This document shows, piece after piece, positions 9,375 to 16,984 of a DNA stretch of 24,000 nt (position 1 is its first letter; each line of letters opens with the position of its first letter). Below the pieces are notes generated by a model. It was not told where the DNA came from, made no database searches, and saw only the letters and a program-made list of their open reading frames with translations. This stretch comes from Nitrososphaerales archaeon. GTDB taxonomy: Archaea > Thermoproteota > Nitrososphaeria_A > Caldarchaeales > Wolframiiraptoraceae. Where the stretch lies: the NCBI GenBank assembly GCA_023269855.1, contig JAGDWP010000027.1, positions 4,826-28,825 on the forward strand, given 5' to 3'. Made by a program: the position numbers and the translations under genes.

Positions 9375-10716
9375 TGTATTCTACTAGCCAATCCATGTTC
9401 CACAGCATATCATGGTCAGCTCTTTCTCCACTGCTAATTCTAACTTCTCCCGCTTGGTCTCTTATAGGTTCACCTAGATTTCCTTCAACGCTGAAGGGCT
9501 CAAAGATCAATTCTTTCATTTCTTCATATCTCTTCTTAATCTCAAGCTGCCACTGGCTTGGAATGACAGGGTTGAGTGGGGCTAGATAGACTGTACCCTC
9601 AGGTTTGCCAGCAGTACTGTTCTCAGCTGGAAGCCTCCATCTATAAGGCATGTAGTCTCCTATCCTGCTCCAGATATCAACTGTCTGCCAACTGTTCGTT
9701 GCAACCATTCTATAGAAGTCGAGGTATATTGGTCCCCAATTAGCTATCTGACCTGTTAAATGAGCTGTTGGTCCATATTCTCTCATGTCACTATAGTGGC
9801 TGAAGCTCCACACCTTCTTACCCTTCTTCTGATATTCTTCTGCAACTTGTAGTACTGCAGGTGTATCTTCAGTAAATGCTAGGACATCGCAATTCTTTTC
9901 TTCTATCAATGCTATCGCCGCTGACCTAGCCTTCTCTGGAGCAACCCATTCGAATATCCAGCTTACATGAGCTTTGATGTTCTTACCTGTTCTCTTCTTG
10001 TACGCATAGTTTGCGCCTAAAACAAATGCGTTAATATGTCTAACTACTTCTGGTATAGGATATGCTCCAACATATCCTACTACTCCGGTTTCCGTGACTG
10101 CTCCAGCTGCTAAACCATTTAGATAGTATAGTTGGTAGAATTCCGCGAATGCTGCGCTCATATTGTTGGGAGCGTTCCCAGCCGCTCCACTCTTATAACC
10201 ACTTATATGGACAAAGTATCTATCAGGGTATTTTTCAGCAGCTTCTGCAGTTGGATCCATAAACCCGAAGCTCGTAGTAATTATTAGTTGGCAGCCCTTC
10301 TCTACTAAGCTGGTTATCGCTCCGGCAACCTCAGCTTCTGGAACACTCTCAATATAGGTACTCTCGACTTGGTTTACCCCAAATTTTTCATCAGCCCATC
10401 TCCTACCACGGTCATGTCCATATGACCAACCGTAGTCGCCTACGGGTCCAACATAGACGTACCCAACCTTTAGCTTCTTAGCAGCAGGAACAGTAGCTGT
10501 AATGGTCTTAGTAATTTCAGCACCTGCTTGAGTAGTAGTAACTGTTCGTGTTACTGTAGCGGGAGGAGCAGCCGATGTTCCAGCCAAGTATCCTGCAACC
10601 CCTCCGACGACTCCTGCAGCTACTATTCCTCCCACTGCAGCAGCTTTTGTTACTCCCAGAAATTCCCTTCTAGAAAATTTCCTACAAAATATCCTGTTTT
10701 CTTTTATTCTTTCCAT
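9352..10716 (-). CDS. BMP-family (PnrA-like) ABC substrate-binding protein with Tat-like signal and Thr-rich linker
   Basis: 454 aa. The N-terminal SRREFLGVTKAAAVGG resembles a twin-arginine signal. A Thr/Val-rich linker (TVTRTVTTTQAGAEITKTITATV) is followed by a periplasmic-binding-protein-like body (KVGYVYVGPVGDYGWSYGHD). First gene of the ABC operon. Confidence 0.8.
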   Translation of the reverse strand: MERIKENRIFCRKFSRREFLGVTKAAAVGGIVAAGVVGGVAGYLAGTSAAPPATVTRTVTTTQAGAEITKTITATVPAAKKLKVGYVYVGPVGDYGWSYGHDRGRRWADEKFGVNQVESTYIESVPEAEVAGAITSLVEKGCQLIITTSFGFMDPTAEAAEKYPDRYFVHISGYKSGAAGNAPNNMSAAFAEFYQLYYLNGLAAGAVTETGVVGYVGAYPIPEVVRHINAFVLGANYAYKKRTGKNIKAHVSWIFEWVAPEKARSAAIALIEEKNCDVLAFTEDTPAVLQVAEEYQKKGKKVWSFSHYSDMREYGPTAHLTGQIANWGPIYLDFYRMVATNSWQTVDIWSRIGDYMPYRWRLPAENSTAGKPEGTVYLAPLNPVIPSQWQLEIKKRYEEMKELIFEPFSVEGNLGEPIRDQAGEVRISSGERADHDMLWNMDWLVEYIEEPLPR

Positions 10717-10939
10717 GTTTATGTATAGTCTGAATCAATTGATATACTTTCATTACATGATCGACTCAAATTAGCATAGACAAATTAACGGAAACCAGAT
10801 TATAGAAAATCCAGATCTTTGACAAATTATTGTAACTACTTTGTTATCCAAGGCAGACTTCAAGCGTCTTTTGGCCACACAGTACTTTCATATGAAAATT
10901 CTAATATATGTAAGCTAATTTATTGTTTGGGTTGACTTC

Positions 10940-11395
10940 TTGTCTGAAGTCTGGTTTTTTGCTTACGGTTGGGCGTTAGATAAAACTTTACTAAAGAAAG
11001 TTATTGGTGAATGTGGAGAGCCTAGGAGAGCTATCCTACGTGGTTATAGACTTGTTTTTGATGTTTTCTCCCCAAGCTGGAAAGGAGGCGTAGCAAATAT
11101 TATTGAAGATGTTAATGGTGAAGTGTATGGTGGAGTGTATAAGATAAGTATGAGTCAGTTAGCTAGATTGGATGAAGTTGTTGGAGTACCTAACACTTTC
11201 TCTAGACGAAAAGTTGTCGTCGAAGTTGAAGATTTAGGGAGTATTAATTCCATAACATATGTATCAGCATCAGGTAGAGGAAGATGGGTTAAGCCTTCTG
11301 AACAGTATCTGCGTGCTCTTTTCCATGGTTTAAAACAATTAAAGTATAGTGACGAAGTCATCAACAAGGTGAAGAAGATAGCGTACGGGCAGTAG
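10940..11395 (+). CDS. Gamma-glutamylcyclotransferase-like (GGCT/AIG2-like) protein
   Basis: 151 aa with a TTG start. The N-terminal WFFAYGWAL matches the YFAYGSNL-type motif of GGCT-fold enzymes. GVANIIEDVNGEVYGGVYKISMSQLARLDEVVGV parallels the GGCT core, including an acidic residue in the LDE segment. Confidence 0.7.
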   Translation: MSEVWFFAYGWALDKTLLKKVIGECGEPRRAILRGYRLVFDVFSPSWKGGVANIIEDVNGEVYGGVYKISMSQLARLDEVVGVPNTFSRRKVVVEVEDLGSINSITYVSASGRGRWVKPSEQYLRALFHGLKQLKYSDEVINKVKKIAYGQ

Positions 11396-11433
11396 CTGGA
11401 ATAATATTAAATTACTAATTTGAAACGTTGCGT

Positions 11434-13440
11434 CTATGACTTGACCTTTCTCTCATTTATCACTGGTTCGACTTTCTCTATCTGTGGCTTAGTTATCTTC
11501 AATCTTTTCTCAGCTGCTTTCAGTATGGCTCTAAGCATTTCAGGATAGCTAATCCCCATGTATGCTGCAGCTTTAGCTAGATGTCCATCCCAGCACCATC
11601 CAGGGTTTGGGTTAACTTCTAGAAGTCTCGGGTTGCCTTCAGAGTCGAGTCTCCAATCAAATCTTGCATAATCTCTACATTCTAGTCTATTAAACAATTT
11701 TACACTACATTCTATAATGTAGTCTTTAACTTCCTGCGGTATATTGGCTGGGATAGATTTAATATTCCAGTAGGGTGAATCAGGAAGCCATTTTGCTTCA
11801 TAACTACATATCGGTGGCAATCCTTCAGGCAGTACACTATAGTCTTCTTCAGTTATCGGTAGAACTATGTAATCTTCAGGAGGATTACCTATTATACCCA
11901 GTGTTAAATCTTTTCCAGTAAGGAATTCTTCAATTACTATGGGTTTATTGTAGTTGAATTTTTCTCTCAGTTCTGAGATTGCATTTAGTAATTGTTCTTC
12001 ATCGTAGACAACGCTCTTACTCGTTATACCGAAACTGCTATCTCCATAATTTGGTTTAACTATTACTGGGAAATCGAATGGTATCTGTATGGTTATGTCT
12101 TCAGGCTTTAAAAAGATTGCCCTAGGTACAGGTATGCCCATTTCTCTAGCGATTCCTCTAACGAGGCTTTTATCGTAGCAGTATGCTAGGCATTGGGGCC
12201 CAGCACCTGTGTAGGGTATGCCGAGCACTTCTAGTAATGCGGGAACGTGTAGTTCTTTCCTAGGGTCATTATAGTATCCTTCATCACATAGATTGAATAC
12301 TAAGTCGATCTTACTCCTAAGCTTTAACAAGTCTTGGAGTAATGTATCGTGATTCATTAAGTATATGAATTCATACTCTTTTAATTCATTCAATGCTTGT
12401 ATCAGCTTGTTTATTGTGTAGAAATCATCTTCATCAAATACTCCTCCAGGTTTAGTAGTATCAGTCTTCGACGGGTCTCCAAGTATTACTGCAACCCTCA
12501 TCTTTAAACCATTCATTCTCTTCTTAACAGGCATCCATTCCTTCTTCGCTACAGCAGTCACTATGATTCTCTTCTCCATCATTCCAAGATCTTGGTTTCT
12601 CTTAGATTCAGGAGAAAGCTCTCCATGGAATACGATGTTTGTGAAGCCTGCTTTCTCTAGCAGCTGTCTCAGTGTCTCCTTATCGTATAGTCTTATAGCG
12701 TAGATCTGGTCAGCGATAACTCCTTTCTTAGCGTTTACTATTACTTCTCTCGAGATCAACCTTTGTCCATCTGAAGAGAGAGTCCTTTCTCTACATACGA
12801 ACATTTGCTTATTAATCCATTCCCAAGACCTCTTCTGATAATTTTCTCTAAGATAGCTTCCATCAGCAACGTCTATTAGTATTTTCCCCCAAGGTCTTAA
12901 GACTCTTCTAACTTCCTTCAATACTTGGAGGTCGTCTTTAATTGATTCAAAATACCCGAAGCTGTTACCGAGTATCATTACTACATCAAAGCTGTCAGAC
13001 TGGTAGGGCAGCTTCCTAGCATCTCCCTCTCTGAACTTCACTTTTAATCCTTCCTTCTCTGCCTGAAGCTTAGCCCTCCTAATTAGATAATGGGAGATAT
13101 CTAATCCTTCAACATTCTTGAAACCTCTTCTTGCTAATTCTAGAGAATGTCTACCATGACCACAGCATAAATCTAAGATACTGTCTTCAGGCTTCAACCC
13201 AAGTATACGAGTGAATAAGTCTACTTCTCTCCTAGTTATCTCATAGTCGTTCACAACGTCGCCGTCAGTCTTTAGATATAGAGAATTGAAGAGGTGTTTC
13301 CACCAGTCAGGTCGTACATATTCTTCAAGGTCTGGGATTGGACCGAGAATCTTCTTCTGCCGTTCACGGCATCTAACTTCTCTTACTTTACTATGACTTC
13401 TTGATGATTCATTATCTGAGGGGCCTTCCCCCATGCTCAC
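11434..13440 (-). CDS. Fusion protein: N-terminal class I SAM-dependent methyltransferase plus C-terminal D-Ala-D-Ala-ligase-like ATP-grasp
   Basis: Single uninterrupted 668-aa ORF. SAM motif I is ILDLCCGHGRHSLELARRG and post-I is EGLDIS. From about residue 313 it has a Ddl-like layout (RVAVILGDPS..., GIPYTGAGP, PVIVKPNYGDSSFGI, RFDWRLDSEGNPRLLEVNPNPGW). The ATG at 13434 is as likely a start as the GTG at 13440. Confidence 0.8.
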   Translation of the reverse strand: MSMGEGPSDNESSRSHSKVREVRCRERQKKILGPIPDLEEYVRPDWWKHLFNSLYLKTDGDVVNDYEITRREVDLFTRILGLKPEDSILDLCCGHGRHSLELARRGFKNVEGLDISHYLIRRAKLQAEKEGLKVKFREGDARKLPYQSDSFDVVMILGNSFGYFESIKDDLQVLKEVRRVLRPWGKILIDVADGSYLRENYQKRSWEWINKQMFVCRERTLSSDGQRLISREVIVNAKKGVIADQIYAIRLYDKETLRQLLEKAGFTNIVFHGELSPESKRNQDLGMMEKRIIVTAVAKKEWMPVKKRMNGLKMRVAVILGDPSKTDTTKPGGVFDEDDFYTINKLIQALNELKEYEFIYLMNHDTLLQDLLKLRSKIDLVFNLCDEGYYNDPRKELHVPALLEVLGIPYTGAGPQCLAYCYDKSLVRGIAREMGIPVPRAIFLKPEDITIQIPFDFPVIVKPNYGDSSFGITSKSVVYDEEQLLNAISELREKFNYNKPIVIEEFLTGKDLTLGIIGNPPEDYIVLPITEEDYSVLPEGLPPICSYEAKWLPDSPYWNIKSIPANIPQEVKDYIIECSVKLFNRLECRDYARFDWRLDSEGNPRLLEVNPNPGWCWDGHLAKAAAYMGISYPEMLRAILKAAEKRLKITKPQIEKVEPVINERKVKS

Positions 13441-13459
13441 CTAACCTATCATTTAATTA

Positions 13460-13494
13460 GACTCTTCGGGATCAATATAACCTTTGACTCTTCG
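13460..13494. repeat. Two direct copies of GACTCTTCG spaced 26 nt apart, upstream of the methyltransferase/ATP-grasp gene
   Basis: GACTCTTCG occurs at 13460-13468 and 13486-13494. The extended 15-mers TTAGACTCTTCGGGA and TTTGACTCTTCGAGA agree at 13 of 15 positions. An inverted GACTCT lies at 13543-13548. Confidence 0.6.
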
Positions 13495-13598
13495 AGAGAC
13501 TCGAATAAAGCTCCAAGACCCTACAACCGTATAGTTGGCCACAGAGTCAACGGCTAGACCAGTATGCTTTAATTGTAGATGATTTGATGTAAGAGTAG

Positions 13599-14255
13599 AT
13601 GGATTGGTTTAACTTAGCTGACTTATACAATATGCTTTCTGGATATGCCTATCTAGGAGCATTCATAATATCATTGTTAGGAAGCCTCATACCATTCTTG
13701 CCTCTACCATACCTTATCCCGATAGTATTGATGGCGGATAAGTTTAACCCAGTAATATTGGGGGTAGCTTCAGGAGTGGGCGGAGCATTAGGTAAGATAA
13801 CATCATATCTTATCGGCAGAGTTAGTAGGAGATTCATCTCCACGAGAAACAGTAAAGTTAGCTTCATAGCTAACGCTGTCAATAAGTATGGGGCTATCGC
13901 TGTCTTCTTATTCGCTCTTACACCCCTGCCTGATGATGTAATATATATCCCGATGGGTTTCGCTAAAATGAACTTCATAAAATTCATGATATCTAATGCA
14001 CTGGGAAAGATAATCCTCGCAATAATAGTAGCATTTCTAGGAAAAACCTACTTCACGATAGCCAGGTTGCTAGTTGGTAATGAAGCAGGGATATACCCGG
14101 TAATCGCATCAATAATTTTCATGATACTTATCAGCATCATACTATTCAAGATTGATTGGGAGAAAGCAGTAGAAACCTACAAAAAACATGGATTAAAACA
14201 AACCATAAAAACCCTTTTCTTCACTCAGAGAAATAAAATTGATAAAACAACATGA
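13599..14255 (+). CDS. DedA/VTT-domain (SNARE-associated-like) membrane protein
   Basis: 218-aa polytopic membrane protein. YLGAFIISLLGSLIPFLPLPYLIPIVL and LTPLPDDVIYIPMG resemble VTT/DedA re-entrant segments. Family call from pattern only. Confidence 0.6.
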   Translation: MDWFNLADLYNMLSGYAYLGAFIISLLGSLIPFLPLPYLIPIVLMADKFNPVILGVASGVGGALGKITSYLIGRVSRRFISTRNSKVSFIANAVNKYGAIAVFLFALTPLPDDVIYIPMGFAKMNFIKFMISNALGKIILAIIVAFLGKTYFTIARLLVGNEAGIYPVIASIIFMILISIILFKIDWEKAVETYKKHGLKQTIKTLFFTQRNKIDKTT

Positions 14256-14289
14256 ATTAGATTATAGAATAACTATAACCTAAGTTAAG

Positions 14290-14297
14290 TTTAATAC
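14290..14297 (+). promoter_or_regulatory. TATA box (TTTAATAC) for tRNA-Lys
   Basis: An A/T box centred about 27 nt upstream of the tRNA 5' end at 14322. The same spacing is seen at tRNA-Phe in this window. Confidence 0.5.
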
Positions 14298-14321
14298 TGA
14301 AAAATAAGATAGTAGAGACAA

Positions 14322-14417
14322 GGGCCCGTAGCTCAGTCAGGTAGAGAGAAGGGAACACTCGCCGAGAGCGGCGGGCTCTTAACCCGTTGGTCGGGGGTTC
14401 GAATCCCCCCGGGCCCG
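14322..14417 (+). tRNA. tRNA-Lys (anticodon CUU) with a ~22-nt non-canonical intron in the D-arm
   Basis: Acceptor stem GGGCCCG/CGGGCCC. Anticodon arm GCGGG-CUCUUAA-CCCGU (14371-14387). T arm GGGGG-UUCGAAU-CCCCC. Discriminator G, no encoded CCA. The D stem GCUC (14331-14334) finds its partner GAGC only at 14366-14369, leaving about 22 extra nt (about 14344-14365). Exact borders are ambiguous because GAGAG is repeated at both junctions. Confidence 0.85.
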
Positions 14418-14478
14418 GATTTTATTTATCATATATGTGAGTTTGAGAGGAGAATATAGAGACGATAGACATCTCTCC

Positions 14479-14940
14479 TCATATAGTATGTTTTCCCCTC
14501 TTTCTATCGTAGATCGATGTTCCTTTCTTAACAACCAAATGCGGTCCTGTTACTTCTATCTTCAACTTCAATAGTAGCTCCTTGACATAGTTAAGAAGTC
14601 CTAGGTCTGTATTATAGACATATATTCTTCTATCCTTAACTACGTATCCTTCACTGTCAAAGAATGCTCTCAGAAACGATGTTATAGTTTCTTCACTATA
14701 TTCAATGTATTGTTTTAGCTTCTCAATGTCTAGTGGCTTCACCAATAATTCACATAATGTTTTCGAGTATCCTTCAGCAATATAGAATCCACTATGTCGT
14801 TTTCTGAAGCTTGGCTTAGAGCATGTAACAACTTCGAGACATCTAGCAAACTCCATGACAAGTTCAGCGTCCTTGCATTTTAGGCCAATTATATATTCGC
14901 CGTTTTCTTCAATAATAGTTATGTATCCATCTCCAGCCAC
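14479..14940 (-). CDS. LAGLIDADG-family homing-endonuclease-like protein, double-motif, N-terminally truncated or degenerate
   Basis: 153 aa. Motif 1 lies at the extreme N-terminus (M-AGDGYI). Motif 2 is FLRAFFDSEGYV at about residue 90, followed by the typical IYVYNTDLGLLNYVKELLLKLKIEV segment. Only a GTG start is available. The frame stays open upstream and encodes YLYIIDVV, the missing part of helix 1, right up to the tRNA-Phe 3' end. Confidence 0.65.
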   Translation of the reverse strand: MAGDGYITIIEENGEYIIGLKCKDAELVMEFARCLEVVTCSKPSFRKRHSGFYIAEGYSKTLCELLVKPLDIEKLKQYIEYSEETITSFLRAFFDSEGYVVKDRRIYVYNTDLGLLNYVKELLLKLKIEVTGPHLVVKKGTSIYDRKRGKHTI

Positions 14941-14962
14941 AACATCGATAATATATAAATAG

Positions 14963-15060
14963 TGCCCCGGGCAGGATTTGAACCTGCGACAACCCGGTTT
15001 CTCAGTGTGGTGGGTGATAATTCTTCAGCCGGGCGCTCTCCCGGGCTGAGCTACCGGGGC
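14963..15060 (-). tRNA. tRNA-Phe (anticodon GAA) with a 24-nt intron at the canonical 37/38 position
   Basis: On the - strand: acceptor GCCCCGG/CCGGGGC; D arm GCUC-AGCCCGGGA-GAGC; anticodon stem CCCGG/CCGGG with loop CUGAAG[intron]A; T arm GCAGG-UUCAAAU-CCUGC; discriminator A; no CCA. Confidence 0.9.
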
Positions 15061-15084
15061 CATTTTTCTATCTATTCATAGTTT

Positions 15085-15092
15085 CTTAAAAA
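15085..15092 (-). promoter_or_regulatory. TATA box (TTTTTAAG on the - strand) for tRNA-Phe
   Basis: Centred about 27 nt upstream of the tRNA 5' end at 15060. Lies immediately 3' of the hemL-like stop codon. Confidence 0.5.
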
Positions 15093-15098
15093 CCTTCA

Positions 15099-16400
15099 CT
15101 ACTTCTTCACGTTCTTTGCATATTCTTCTGTTACCTGGATTACTCTGTCCATATCCTCATGAGTGTGTGCTGCTGAGATGAAGAATTGCGGGTTTTCATT
15201 TGTTAACGCTATGATATTGTTTTCAAGTAAGTGTCTAAAGTATTTTCTTGATCTCTCTCTATCCTTCATAGTTTGAGCTGTCTTAACATCTTTAGGTTTT
15301 ATAGGTGTAAAATGGACTCCGACTAGTGAGCCAATACCGGTAGTGTATCCTAGACCATGCTTCTCTAAAATTTCTCCAATGTTTCTTCTAAGTTTCTCTC
15401 CAAGCAAGTCGAGGTAACTGTAGATTTCGTTTCTTCTCTCAAGTTCTGAGAGTAGTGTGTATCCAGCTGATGTCATAAGCATGTTTGCTGAAAATGTTCC
15501 ACCCTGGAAAACTCTTTCATGATAGTTTCTGTATTTCAATTGGTCTAGTAGCTCCATTACTTCGTCTCTTCCACCGAAAGCGCCAACTGCGAATTCGCCT
15601 CCACCAACTATTTTACCGAAAGTAGTGATGTCAGGTGTTACACTGTATATTTTCTGTGCTCCTCCAGAAGAGAGTCTGAAACCAGTTATTACTTCATCGA
15701 ATATCAGGAGTGCTCCAACCTTATCGCATAGTTCTCTCAAACCCTTCAAGAATTCTTTCTCAGCAGGTATCATTCCACCCGCTCCTGCAACAGGCTCAAC
15801 AATTATACCTGCTAACTCTATCTTGTCTACTGTTTTCTCAACTGCTTCTAAATTATTGTAGGGAAGTACTACTGTGTCTTTAACTGCTCCATTTGTTAAA
15901 CCTGCATATAGTTTCTCATAGGGTGGTGATACAGCGATATGTAATGCATCATACCCTCCATGCCAGTTACCTTCAAATTTGATAATAGATGAACGCTTAG
16001 TATATGCTCTGGCCAATCTTACAGCATACATGTTTGCTTCTGTACCACTATTCGTGAATCTAATTTTTTCTACGCTTGGAACCATTCTCTGTATCTGTTC
16101 CGCTAGCTTGATCTCCCACTCGTGGGGGAGACCTACATGTATGCCTATCTCAATCTGTTTTCGGATAGCCTCTATTACGGGTGGGTAAGCATGCCCCATA
16201 ATCTTCGCTCCATGCCCAATCCAGTAATCTGTATACACGTTACCATCCACATCCCATAACTTCTGACCAGCTGCTCTTGAAACATAGAAAGGATACGGCT
16301 CAAAATATCTAATCGAGTAAGATACTCCTCCGGGCAAATATCTTTGAGCTATGTGAAAGAGCTCTCTAGACCTAGGGGTTGAAGACTCATACCTACTCAT
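15099..16400 (-). CDS. hemL: Glutamate-1-semialdehyde 2,1-aminomutase-like class III aminotransferase
   Basis: 433 aa. IVEPVAGAGGMIP, IFDEVITGFRLSSGGAQ and the PLP-lysine context PDITTFGKIVGGGEFAVGAFGG match the HemL pattern. A paralogous class III aminotransferase cannot be excluded. Confidence 0.7.
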   Translation of the reverse strand: MSRYESSTPRSRELFHIAQRYLPGGVSYSIRYFEPYPFYVSRAAGQKLWDVDGNVYTDYWIGHGAKIMGHAYPPVIEAIRKQIEIGIHVGLPHEWEIKLAEQIQRMVPSVEKIRFTNSGTEANMYAVRLARAYTKRSSIIKFEGNWHGGYDALHIAVSPPYEKLYAGLTNGAVKDTVVLPYNNLEAVEKTVDKIELAGIIVEPVAGAGGMIPAEKEFLKGLRELCDKVGALLIFDEVITGFRLSSGGAQKIYSVTPDITTFGKIVGGGEFAVGAFGGRDEVMELLDQLKYRNYHERVFQGGTFSANMLMTSAGYTLLSELERRNEIYSYLDLLGEKLRRNIGEILEKHGLGYTTGIGSLVGVHFTPIKPKDVKTAQTMKDRERSRKYFRHLLENNIIALTNENPQFFISAAHTHEDMDRVIQVTEEYAKNVKK

Positions 16401-16519
16401 ATTCTCTCCTCCCTTAAAGGTTCTTCCATGTTTTAAACATAACTTATCATTAAGTTAACTGTAAACTTTTATTGATTAAGTAAACCGGTTTTATGGAGAT
16501 GCTTGATATGTTGGTATTT

Positions 16520-16984
16520 TTAGGGTGGTGGAGTCATCTTATATGTCGCTGGATCAACGTAGGAGTAGTACCAGATTATTGTTTCACCATTACTTAGGAT
16601 ATATTTGTCGCATGCTGATCCACCGGCAGCCCACCCTAGACTCGTCCATATCCACCAACTCCAATACCTAGACTGCTCAACTGACTGTTCTACCCCGTTG
16701 ATAGACTTTACGTATAAGCCCATGGCACCATAAGATTCTGCATCAACAATCCAACCTGCTTCTAGCATAGCATCGTAAAGAGTTAATCCACGTGTTCCAT
16801 TAAACCATATTCTAGTACCGTTCCCATAGTCTATTCCAAGATTTATGATAGCCTTCGATTTTTCAAGCTTCTCTACGAGGTTACTATACTGATAATAATA
16901 GTAGATGGCTGTAAGCGTAGTAGCAACAGCTAGGCAGAGGATGATTATTGAAGCTAAAGCCCATTTATTTTTTACAGCGGCCAT
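16520..16984 (-). CDS. DUF4430-like exported protein with N-terminal anchor
   Basis: 154 aa with a TM anchor (WALASIIILCLAVATTLTAIYYYY). The C-terminal beta domain has the LYVKSINGVEQS...YWSWWIW pattern reminiscent of DUF4430 (transcobalamin-like fold). Overlaps the upstream membrane gene by 13 nt. Confidence 0.5.
   Translation of the reverse strand: MAAVKNKWALASIIILCLAVATTLTAIYYYYQYSNLVEKLEKSKAIINLGIDYGNGTRIWFNGTRGLTLYDAMLEAGWIVDAESYGAMGLYVKSINGVEQSVEQSRYWSWWIWTSLGWAAGGSACDKYILSNGETIIWYYSYVDPATYKMTPPP

Noticed and set aside
14418-14962. An integrated mobile element between tRNA-Lys and tRNA-Phe
   Set aside because: There is no integrase or transposase, and I could see no duplicated tRNA 3' segment or flanking direct repeats. 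Only the short LAGLIDADG ORF and a 7-bp inverted repeat (GAGGAGA...TCTCCTC, about 14448-14480) are present.
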